Source: an uncultured virus (IMG/VR IMGVR_UViG_2718218115_000003) (Duplodnaviria; Heunggongvirae; Uroviricota; Caudoviricetes). Taken from it: a stretch of DNA of 64,000 bases. Numbering within the stretch: the first letter of the stretch is position 1; every line of letters starts with the position of its first letter. The stretch is taken from the IMG/VR virus record IMGVR_UViG_2718218115_000003; one strand, given 5' to 3'. This document shows, in pieces, positions 29,597 to 39,322 of the stretch. Under the pieces are notes generated by a model. That model searched no databases. It worked only from the letters and a program-made list of their open reading frames with translations, and was not told where the DNA came from. The position numbers and the translations under genes are program-made.

Positions 29597-30364
29597 ATGA
29601 ATCCATTTGGACCCACTACTGAAAAACCATTAACTTTACGTGCTTTTGATTCAGCAGCGGAGAATATTTCTACCGTTGTAAGTAAGGTTTCAAGTACTGA
29701 TCGAGAACAGCAATCTGTGATTGAACAAGTACGACAAATTGCTCTGAACATTCTATCCGATACGGTAGATACAATCAGTGAAGGTAAGCTTGAAGAAGGT
29801 GAACTGGGCGTTGATCATTTAGACGCATTAATTGTCGATGCATTAGATGGTGCAGATGATGAAGAAGGCATCTTTGAAAGCGCTTTAATGGCATCTCTGT
29901 CCGATGCTTTCTTAACATTCGGCGTTGATGCTTCTGATATTGAAGAGATCTTTAGTGATGATACAGAAGTTGCTGACGCGGCGTTAGAAGCAGCAGCCAA
30001 TACAGTTCTTGCTAATATGCCAGACGATGGCCCAGAACTTGAAGAACTCGTTCGAGAGTTTATTTTCGGTGAAGCGGATGAAACTGAAGAAGGTTTCGAT
30101 TCAATGGCTAAAAAAATTAAAGCTCGAAATGGAGCATTTAGCCAACGGAAAGTAAATGGACGAAAAATTCACTACCGTGGTGTGTTGGCTATTCGTCAAG
30201 GTGTCAAAACCGTTGTGAATAAACGATTACCTGGTCAAAAGGTCCGTTTAACTGCAGCACAAAAAGCTGGTATGAAAAAAGCTCGACTTCATGCTTTTAC
30301 TGCGAATGCAATCAACAAGCGTTTACGTTCATTCAAAAAAGGTAAACGCTTAGGTATTTACTAA
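29597..30364 (+). CDS. Putative internal head / scaffold protein (acidic N-terminus, very basic C-terminus)
   Basis: Strong charge bipartition; AAGGA SD; two FDS motifs. Confidence 0.45.
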   Translation: MNPFGPTTEKPLTLRAFDSAAENISTVVSKVSSTDREQQSVIEQVRQIALNILSDTVDTISEGKLEEGELGVDHLDALIVDALDGADDEEGIFESALMASLSDAFLTFGVDASDIEEIFSDDTEVADAALEAAANTVLANMPDDGPELEELVREFIFGEADETEEGFDSMAKKIKARNGAFSQRKVNGRKIHYRGVLAIRQGVKTVVNKRLPGQKVRLTAAQKAGMKKARLHAFTANAINKRLRSFKKGKRLGIY

Positions 30365-30425
30365 TTACTCATAGGTAAGGTCATTTTTGGCTTTACCTAT
30401 AATCCATTTAATTAAGGAAATACTC

Positions 30426-30704
30426 ATGAATACAACTCAAATCATAGGTGAAGCGCCTGGTATTCAATATCAGAAAAAAACTGATAAAACAGAAACAAAG
30501 ACCAATCAATCATTAACTGACACAATTATTATTGGTCGTTTTATGCGTGGGCGTTTTGATGCACCGATGACAATACATAAGGGTAATATCCGTGGTGAAC
30601 TTGGTTATGAACCAAATAATCCTGATTATCGTTGTGTCCAAGATGCGCTAGATCGGGGTGTACCTTCATTACAGGTTCTGCGAGTACCACCAAATATTGG
30701 ATAA
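30426..30704 (+). CDS. Small protein resembling a tail-sheath N-terminal segment
   Basis: APGIQY...TIIIGRFMRG.FD.PM.I...LG...ALD.G...QVLRV; AAGGA SD. Confidence 0.45.
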   Translation: MNTTQIIGEAPGIQYQKKTDKTETKTNQSLTDTIIIGRFMRGRFDAPMTIHKGNIRGELGYEPNNPDYRCVQDALDRGVPSLQVLRVPPNIG

Positions 30705-30715
30705 AAAGCAGATTT

Positions 30716-30745
30716 AAAAAGCTACCTTTTAGGGTGGCTTTTTTT
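30716..30745 (+). terminator. Intrinsic terminator before TGGAAC site
   Basis: AAAAAGCTACC-ttttag-GGTGGCTTTTT. Confidence 0.65.
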
Positions 30746-30820
30746 ATGGAACCAATCAAATTTTAAGTGGATATAACCTTTTAATCTTGGGGCATATTAA
30801 AGCTATTGAGCATCAGAAAT

Positions 30821-31468
30821 ATGCAACAATCTAATCCGATTTTACTAAATCAGCTTAAACAAGATTACATTGCTCTACAGCAACTTGGTTCACCCTTATT
30901 AGCGTGTCAGGGGATGTTTGTTCCTCGTGGCATGGAAGACCTTCGCTTCTTATTTAAAAGTTGCCCACGGCCAATTGTGAGTAATGAAGATCCAGCAGAA
31001 GTTCAATATGCGGGTGGTTTTACTGGAATTGTTGCTGGTCCCCCGAAAACCCATTACACAGGCAACCTTCAAATCCTAGTAACTGAAGCAGGGCATGATC
31101 AATTATTAGCTGAATATGTCGTAGCTAGTGGTGGAATCATCCATGGTGATTACTATGATGGTCGTTTAGGTAGTTTTACCCGTTCTTATGCACTTGAAAA
31201 CTGTGCTATTCGCTTTGAGTCAGCTGAATATGATTCAGATAGCCGATCTCAAGTTATGACTGTCTCTTGCCCAATCGACTATAACTACTTTGGTAGCTTC
31301 GCAAACATTGGTACCAACGGCAGTATTCAGCCGGGTAAAAAAGAAATTGATGGTACAGCTGAGCTTGTTAATCGAGTTCAGCAAGTGATCAATACTGCTC
31401 AACAAGCAACTAATCTTGCAAATGCTGTGCAAGGCGTTGGTCGCCAACTGGGCAATCTATTTGGGTAA
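30821..31468 (+). CDS. Putative tail tube protein
   Basis: beta-rich ~215 aa, Y.LENC......EYD.DS...V.......YNY pattern; ATG 74 nt after TGGAAC. Confidence 0.5.
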   Translation: MQQSNPILLNQLKQDYIALQQLGSPLLACQGMFVPRGMEDLRFLFKSCPRPIVSNEDPAEVQYAGGFTGIVAGPPKTHYTGNLQILVTEAGHDQLLAEYVVASGGIIHGDYYDGRLGSFTRSYALENCAIRFESAEYDSDSRSQVMTVSCPIDYNYFGSFANIGTNGSIQPGKKEIDGTAELVNRVQQVINTAQQATNLANAVQGVGRQLGNLFG

Positions 31469-31917
31469 TGGCTATGAAGTTATTACCTGAATCTGAAGGG
31501 TTTGCTGTAGTTGCTGGTTCTATCCAGCAACTTTCAGAAGAACTCTATAAAGAATATCAATTATCTGGCTATTCAATTTTGCTTGATGATATCGTGAAAG
31601 CATTTTTAGATGAGACAAAATATTATGCCGGATGGGCTGTTTTAGATTGTCAAACTAAAGCTACCACGAGTATTGAACTGAATGAAACTATCGAACTTAG
31701 TGGTGATGAGTACGTAATCATCCAACCTTTAGTTAAAGCTCACTGTGATCTTTTGCAAGCTAGATTGGTTGAAGCTACTCGTGGGCTCGGAGTCGAGAGT
31801 TATGGGCTATCTGTATCAGAAGCTCAACAGAACTATAATGAAAAGAAAGACGCTTTGCCTAAACTTGCGTTTTGTATGGCCCCAATGAGTTTTAATTTTA
31901 ACTTGGGGAACCATTAA
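31468..31917 (+). CDS. Putative head-tail adaptor / morphogenesis protein
   Basis: Coupled ORF in tail operon; context only. Confidence 0.4.
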   Translation: MAMKLLPESEGFAVVAGSIQQLSEELYKEYQLSGYSILLDDIVKAFLDETKYYAGWAVLDCQTKATTSIELNETIELSGDEYVIIQPLVKAHCDLLQARLVEATRGLGVESYGLSVSEAQQNYNEKKDALPKLAFCMAPMSFNFNLGNH

Positions 31918-32810
31918 TGCAAATCACCATTGTATCTGCAGGTAAAATTATTCCAGCGTCTGAGCTGATTAGTGCAACTTTAAGAACTGATCTCGTACCT
32001 ATTCCCGCATCCATTGAGTTCACAGTTCAATCTACTACTGAATTAGACTCCCTTTTAAAAGAAGGGGAGCAACTTACTGTAAATGACATATCTCATCCTT
32101 TCGAACTTATCAAAGTTACCCCACTAAAAACTCAGACTATTAAACAAGATCGGCGAGTAGGTGGCATCTCATGTATTGGTATTTTGGCTGGTTGTAAAAG
32201 ACTTATCGAATATTCAAAGCAAGCAGTTATTAGTAATGAAACTTCTTTTAATTCTGTAATTCGAGCTTGTGGTGCAACGATCAGTCTGGGCAGTGATTTA
32301 CCTTTGCCTAAATTTGTTTGTTTAAAGGGTAGTATGCCTACACAGCGCTTGGCTCATTATCTTCAGCAAGAAGCGGCAGTAATTTGCTTTCAAAATAATA
32401 AAGTGTCTGCTCAAAAAATTGATTCTTTTTTCAAAAAGGAACCAGTCACAAAACTAGATCCTAGCAGTGTCGTTTGGATATCCAGTAAACCTTTGGAACT
32501 GATGCAAAAATCATCTTTCGTGACCGTGGAGAATAACGGTTCAACGGTTGTTGGTGATGACTCAATAACCCCAGGCCACACTGTTACGCAAAGAGCTGGT
32601 TTAGATGCCCGACAAGTTAAAAACTTAGAAAAAGTTTTGATCTTGCGGGGAACCATAATCAGGCCGCTAAATTTGAATTGGAATGCGGGCGATATATTCG
32701 AAATTGATAGTAAGAAGTATATCGTTTTAACAGCTGCACATCATATAGATACAGGCGCAATCGGGGGATCAATGGGGACTTCATCAAAGTTCTGGATTGC
32801 TAATTTGTAG
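31917..32810 (+). CDS. Putative baseplate hub (gpD/gp27-like)
   Basis: Directly precedes the spike gene; AG......KY.V....H.I C-terminal pattern. Confidence 0.5.
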   Translation: MQITIVSAGKIIPASELISATLRTDLVPIPASIEFTVQSTTELDSLLKEGEQLTVNDISHPFELIKVTPLKTQTIKQDRRVGGISCIGILAGCKRLIEYSKQAVISNETSFNSVIRACGATISLGSDLPLPKFVCLKGSMPTQRLAHYLQQEAAVICFQNNKVSAQKIDSFFKKEPVTKLDPSSVVWISSKPLELMQKSSFVTVENNGSTVVGDDSITPGHTVTQRAGLDARQVKNLEKVLILRGTIIRPLNLNWNAGDIFEIDSKKYIVLTAAHHIDTGAIGGSMGTSSKFWIANL

Positions 32811-35800
32811 GTCAAATATATGAATGGTTATAAACGTGCAAAGATTTTAAGTTACAACGCAAAAGGTCGTACTGCACAAGTACACATTCATGGTTTAACT
32901 GATGGCGCGAGTGAAGGCATTACTGCAACTTTTGCCTATCCAGTCGGTGATAGTGATTTAGATACAGAAATTCAAATTGTGGATGGGGAAGACGTCTATG
33001 TCTTCTTTGAAAACGGCAATGAAGAACGTCCAGTAATCCATAGTTATGTCAGTCACGGAGACGGCGCAATTGTAGGTGTGCGCCGTATTCGACAAGACAA
33101 TATTGAATTTATCTCTAAAGAAAATTTAAAAGTAGATTCTGGCACAACTGTATCTATTAAAACGCCGTTGATGAATGTGCAAGCTAATACACAACAAACT
33201 GGTAATAGCACATTAACGGGAAATAGTACTGTAGTAGGTAATACTTCAGTTGCAGGAAATAGTTCTGTTGCAGGCAGTATGGCTGTTGGCACAACACTTA
33301 CGGTTGCAGGTGTGCCTATTGACCCTAAAGCTATTGAGGGTGCATTTAAAGACGCTCTTAATAAGTTAGAGAGTTTAAAAGAAGACTTAAAAGAACAAGG
33401 CGAAAAAATTGATGAAAACAAAGATCAGATAAGCCAAGAAATTGATGAAAAAATAAAAGAAGTAGAAGAGTTAATTGATAATATTAAAGATTCTGATGCC
33501 TATAAATTGCTTGAAGAAGGTATTAATCACATTGATGAAGAGGTGCAAAAAATACATGACCAAGTAAAAGAAGTAGGTCAGATTGCACAAAATAAAGTTG
33601 ATGAAATTCGGGCTTATATTGATCAAGAAATTATCGATACCAAACTGATTGTTGAACAGCATGCAAATGATGCAAATATTCGTTTGGATGAAGCCAATAA
33701 ACGTATTGATCAATCAATTCTGGCAAATGAAGAGTTGGTAGCTGATGCTCAACAACGGGCAATCCGCGCTGAGAAAGAACTCGATGACAAAATTGGTTTC
33801 ATCAAGAGAGAAACGGATTCTATTATTGCTGATGTTAGAAGTGATTCTGATGAAATTCGCTTGGTCGCAGAAAACGCGAAAAAAGTTGCAGACCAAGAAG
33901 TTCTAGACCGTAAAAAGCAAGCAGCTGACACTCTTATTGTTATTGATCAAACAAAGGCCGCTTTAAAACAAGATATTGATCAAAACTTAGTTAAAGCTGG
34001 TCAAATGATTGATGATGCTAAATTAGCATTAGGTGAAGAAACTAATACCCTCATTAATCAAAAAATTGAACCAATAGTTAGCAAAACTGAAGCTGCAGTT
34101 AAAAAAGTAGATGAATTTGCAGCTCAGTATGTTGAGCTTGATAAGAAAGTCGATTCTGGTTTTCTAGCTGAAGCTGAAGCACGTGCAAATGATAAAGAGG
34201 CTTTAACTCAAAGTTTTGAGCTTAAGTTTGCTGAAATGCAAAACGAATTGGGTAAATCAAATGCCTTAATTTCAGAAGAATCTAAAACTCGTGCAGCTCA
34301 AGACAAAGCAATTACTGAACAAATTAGTATTGCTCAATCTCAAATTGGTGATAACAAAGCTGCCATTAATAGTGTTGAACGAACTGTAGTTGACCTTACC
34401 AAATCTGTGGCTGAAAAAACTGACCAAATACAGGCCAGTTTAGACACAACAAATGCAAGTTTATTAAGTGCTAATGAGTTAGCGCGGATGCAATCACTTG
34501 GTAAACCTTTACGTGATGATCCGACGTTTCTTTCTGGTAATGGGGGATTAAGTGCCTATGTGGTACCAGCAGGCTCAACACTAACTCGACAAGCCAAATC
34601 TACGGATAACCCCGTAAATAGTACCCATGAGATGCTTTTAAGATCTACATCATCTTTAGGTGGTGGTTGGTATCCAACTGTTCCTACACTTGTAGCTGCG
34701 CCTAATAAAACCTTTTTAATAAAACAAATTATTAAAATGCCAAAAGGGACTTATTTATTACCAGTTGGCAATGCTACAGGTACAGGTGGTTATTTACGAG
34801 TACTTGGAAATAAAGAAGGTACTGGCAAGTTTGAGGTTTATTACTCTGTTGTTCAGTGTGGCTATGATGCACCAGCAGCTATTCATGGGCATTTTCGTGT
34901 ATTAGCTGGCACTAATCCACCTTTACCAAGCACTTCAAGCCCAGTTGATGTAATCCTTGCTGATTATGAGGTCTGGGACATTACAGCACTAAATGACACC
35001 ATCCCTAAAGCATGGCGTGATCAAATTACTGGTAATGCCTCATATATCGAAAAGGTTGAATCATCTGTAAAACTTGTTGATGAGAAACTTGTTTCAGAAG
35101 CAAAAAAACTTGAAGAACTAAAGACTGACTATAATTCAAATAAAACTAAAACAACGTCTGATTTAGCGACAATTACTCAGTCAGTTTCTGATGGGGATAA
35201 AGCCTTATCATTACGTATCGACCAAACAAAAGCAGCTCTGGAAGAAGCAGATCGTCAGTCGAATTCAAATATTCTAGAAGTTACTGAGTCACTAGCTGAA
35301 TTTGAACAGTCTACCACGACGAAATTTACAGAACTTGATACAAGTATCTCGAAAGAAAATTTGAAGGTACAAGGTCAGATTGTAGATGTCCAAAAAAGTA
35401 TATCTACCTTAGAAAGTAATACAAACACTAAAATATCTGGCCTTTCTTCTTCACTTAAAACTACTGATGATATTGCTAAACTAGCTTTCGATAATGCAGC
35501 CGAAGCGCAGCAAACTGGTACAACAGCGGTAAAAGCAACTGAAGCACTTTCTCAAAATTTATTAAGTCTCAAGTCTCAAACTCAAGTGACTACTGGTGTG
35601 AGGGCAGTAGTAACAGCAAAAGGAATTGATGACTGGTCAACTTGGCGAGCTACAGGTGAAGCTAAAGTACTTCAAGATTCTGATGCATTTGGCGGTTATA
35701 TTCTTGAGCTTGGTAATAATGCTGGCAATGATGAAGCTTGGGTTCATTGGAAAGAATTAGTAAAAATTAATCCAGATACGCTTTATCGGGTGCGTGCACG

Positions 35801-36948
35801 TTTCCGTCGTGTTGCTGGTGAAAATGGAAGTATTTATTTAGGTGTTGCATGTAAAACAGCAGATCAAACTAAGTATGTAACAACTACAAATAATCTTGCT
35901 GCAGACATGGGCTCATCAAATTACTTGTTGTCTGCAATTAAACCAAATTTAGGTGAATGGCAAGAAGTTGTACTTTATCTGAAAGGAAAATCTACAGGTG
36001 CAGCTACGGGACTTGGAACAATTGATAATCCGCGTACTTTCCCAGCACAAGCTGAATTTTATGCCCCAATGTTTATTGGTAACTATGCGGCTCAACCAGG
36101 TATAAGTCAGCTTAACTACATTATCGTTGAAGATAACAACTCTTTAGCTTCAGCAAATGATGCAACAGCAACCGCAAATGATTTATTCAAAACTGCTACT
36201 AATAGAACTGAGGCTGAAGCAGAACGGACCAGTAAGCTTGAATCAAGAATGCAGAATGCTGAAACAGGTATTCAGAGCAACGCTCAAGCATTATTGAAAA
36301 CAGCTACAAAGAGTGATCTTGATAGCGCCATGGGACGTGTGGCTACTGATATCACAGCTGCAGTAGATAATATTAAAATTGGTGGGGTTAATGCGGTAGC
36401 TAATTCAGAAGCGCCAAGAAGCTCAACAGCATCAACTAGTCGTGAATACTTAATGTATGAACGAAGTAAAGAGCTCAAAGCTTTTTATGACGAAAATTTA
36501 GATAAGCCGGTTACTATTTCTTTTGACGTGAGTGTGCCCGTTGCTGGAACAGTACAAGTTTACTCTTCAAATGGATCTGCTCATTACTTTACAACTTCAG
36601 TTACTGTAACAAAAGCAAATGAGTTTCAAAGATTTGCAGTTACAGTATCCCCTAAAGTACACACTGGAAGTACTACCGAATCAACAATTGAGTTTTATGG
36701 AACATACGGTTCTGGTCGAATTCCAACGATTCAAAAATTACAGATCGAAGCAGGCAATAAGGCTACCGCATGGAGCCCAAGCCCACGTGATACTCAAAGC
36801 TCTTTAAATGCCAATGCGGAAGCAATTAAAGTCACTCAAGCTGAAGTAAAGAAGAATGGTGAGTAAGCATCCGGCTAACACAGCCTTACCAAGCGATCCT
36901 ATAGGCCTTAATTTAGTTCCCACCTAAAAACAAGTGGGGACTTAATCC

Positions 36949-37332
36949 ATGAACATGGATATATATTCAGCAACACCTCCTGTTGCTAAAAAACGCCGAA
37001 AATACAGCAAAGAATTCAAACTCAGTATTGTCAATGCCTGCAAAAATCCTAATACCTCGATCGCTTCGGTCGCACTGCAACATAGTATTAATGCCAACCT
37101 TGTCAGTCGTTGGATCAGGATCTTCAGCCATCATGAGGGTGCCGTGCAGGATCCTACTCATGTGAATCCAGCATTTATTGCTTTGCCTTACACTGCTGCA
37201 ATCAGCCAACCTATTGATGAGAGGATCACGTTGTGTATCACCGTGCCTCATACGAATAATGATATTCAGCTAAAATGGCAGACATCAGAAATACCTGCCT
37301 TGGCAGAATTACTCAAGGCACTTGCAACATGA
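36949..37332 (+). CDS. tnpA: IS66 TnpA (HTH)
   Basis: RRKYSKEFK...SIASVAL.H.INANLV.RW. Confidence 0.9.
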   Translation: MNMDIYSATPPVAKKRRKYSKEFKLSIVNACKNPNTSIASVALQHSINANLVSRWIRIFSHHEGAVQDPTHVNPAFIALPYTAAISQPIDERITLCITVPHTNNDIQLKWQTSEIPALAELLKALAT

Positions 37333-37664
37333 TCCGCATTGATGAAATCTGGTTGTCTACTCAGCCCATGGACATGCGTGCAGGTATGGATACGACCATG
37401 GCTCAGGTGGTGAGAGCCTTTGGCTACATCAAACCGCATTGTGCTTACCTGTTCTGTAATAAACGTGGCCATCGCATGAAAGTGCTGGTACATGATGGAT
37501 TGGGCATCTGGCTGTGTGCCCGGCGGCTGGAACAGGGCAAATTTCACTGGGCTCAAGTTCACCAAGGTGAAACCGTGGCCCTCAGCCCGGAACAGTTACA
37601 GGCACTGATCCAAGGTTTGCCCTGGCAGCGCATTGGACGACAGCAGGTGGTGACGATGCTTTAA
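37329..37664 (+). CDS. tnpB: IS66 accessory protein TnpB
   Basis: PMDMRAG...YLFCNKR...KVL.HDG.G.WL...RLEQGKF.W; ATGA overlap with tnpA. Confidence 0.9.
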   Translation: MIRIDEIWLSTQPMDMRAGMDTTMAQVVRAFGYIKPHCAYLFCNKRGHRMKVLVHDGLGIWLCARRLEQGKFHWAQVHQGETVALSPEQLQALIQGLPWQRIGRQQVVTML

Positions 37665-37738
37665 ACCAGGCTCGACCATTCTGCTATTCTCCAAACGTTC
37701 TATTTCATTCTTCTCATGACCTCAGGCATACTGCGGTC

Positions 37739-39322
37739 ATGAATACGCTGCCTGACTTAAGCCAACTGACCCATGAACAACTGCTGGAATTCACCAGGCA
37801 GTTGGCGCTGCAGCATCAGTCTCTAGCACAATCAAACCAACAATTGGATGCCAAAGTTCAACATCTTTCTATTCTCAATCAAAAATACGAGCATGAACTG
37901 GCGCTGTTTAAAAAGCACAAATTCGCCCAAAAGAATGAACACTTAACGGCAAAACAAATCCATCTGTGGGATGAAGCGGTTGAAGAAGATATTGCCGCGG
38001 TTGATCTAGAACTGGAACGGCTAAATGCAGATAAAACCAATGCAGCGACACAGAAAGCCAAAACCAATAAACCTAAACGTCGACCACTGCCAGATCATCT
38101 ACACACCATCCGTATTGAGCATGAACCTGCATCAACCCAATGTGCTTGTGGCTGCCAACTCCGTCGTATCGGCGAAGATGTCAGTGAAAAACTGCATTTC
38201 AGACCGGCACAGTTCTATAAGGAACAGCATGTGCGTGGTAAATGGGTCTGTGATCAGTGTGACACTCTGACTCAGCAAGCGATGCCCGCCTATGTGATTG
38301 ATAAAGGCATTGCTTCACCTGAACTGCTCAGCCATGTGCTGGTATCGAAGTATGCCGATCATTTACCGCTGTACCGTCAACGTCTGATCTATCAGCGGGC
38401 GGGAATCGAGCTTTCTAGATCAACGTTATCTGACTGGATAGGTCGCTGCGGTGTAGAACTGGAACCTCTGGCCAATGCCTTAAAAGAGGTGGTGCTGCAA
38501 CAGCGGGTGCTGCATGCAGATGAAACACCGGTCACCATCATGCGGATGGGTGAGAATAATAAAAAACCGAAGAAAGGTTATGTCTGGGCCTATGCCACCA
38601 CACAGTATAATCCAGTTCAGGCGGTGATCTATGACTTTCAGGATAGTCGTTCAGGCCAGCATGCTGAAGAGTTCTTGAAAGGCTGGCAGGGCTATCTAGT
38701 CTGTGATGATTACAGTGGTTATAAAGCACGTTTTAAATCAGGCCAGGTGATTGAGGTGGGGTGCATGGCCCATGCACGTCGTAAATTCCATGAACTGCAT
38801 GTAACTGGGAAAAGTCAGGTTGCTGAACAGGCCTTAGTGCTGATTCAGAAACTGTATGCGATAGAAGCAGAACTCAGGAAAAAGACCGATGGTACAGCGG
38901 AAGACCGCCGCGAATACCGACAACAGCATAGTCAACCAGTGATGCAACAACTATATGAATGGCTCAACCAACATCATCTGACAGTGCCATCGAGTTCTCC
39001 CACCGCCAAGGCTATCAATTACACTCTGAAGCGTTGGCCAGCCTTAAGCCGCTATCTGGATGATGGCAATCTACCGATATGCAACAATTGGGTAGAGAAT
39101 CAGATGCGTCCCTGGGCGTTGGGACGCAAGAACTGGCTGTTTGCAGGTTCGCTGCGCAGTGGTCAGCGAGCGGCAAACATCATGACTTTAATCCAGTCAG
39201 CAAAGCTGAATGGCTTGGATCCGTATGCCTATTTAAGTGATGTGCTGAAAAGGTTACCGACACACAAAGTGACCCAAATTGAAGAATTGCTGCCGCACTG
39301 CTGGAAACCTAAATCGAATTAA
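37739..39322 (+). CDS. tnpC: IS66 DDE transposase TnpC
   Basis: Zn finger, KYADHLPLYRQ, LHADET, CDDY.GY, CMAHARRKF, NN..E...R...LGRKNWLF. Confidence 0.95.
   Translation: MNTLPDLSQLTHEQLLEFTRQLALQHQSLAQSNQQLDAKVQHLSILNQKYEHELALFKKHKFAQKNEHLTAKQIHLWDEAVEEDIAAVDLELERLNADKTNAATQKAKTNKPKRRPLPDHLHTIRIEHEPASTQCACGCQLRRIGEDVSEKLHFRPAQFYKEQHVRGKWVCDQCDTLTQQAMPAYVIDKGIASPELLSHVLVSKYADHLPLYRQRLIYQRAGIELSRSTLSDWIGRCGVELEPLANALKEVVLQQRVLHADETPVTIMRMGENNKKPKKGYVWAYATTQYNPVQAVIYDFQDSRSGQHAEEFLKGWQGYLVCDDYSGYKARFKSGQVIEVGCMAHARRKFHELHVTGKSQVAEQALVLIQKLYAIEAELRKKTDGTAEDRREYRQQHSQPVMQQLYEWLNQHHLTVPSSSPTAKAINYTLKRWPALSRYLDDGNLPICNNWVENQMRPWALGRKNWLFAGSLRSGQRAANIMTLIQSAKLNGLDPYAYLSDVLKRLPTHKVTQIEELLPHCWKPKSN

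Noticed and set aside
28280..32810. Stand-alone tailocin, eCIS or T6SS
   Set aside because: Terminase, portal, protease and capsid genes are present, so this is a phage rather than a headless contractile system
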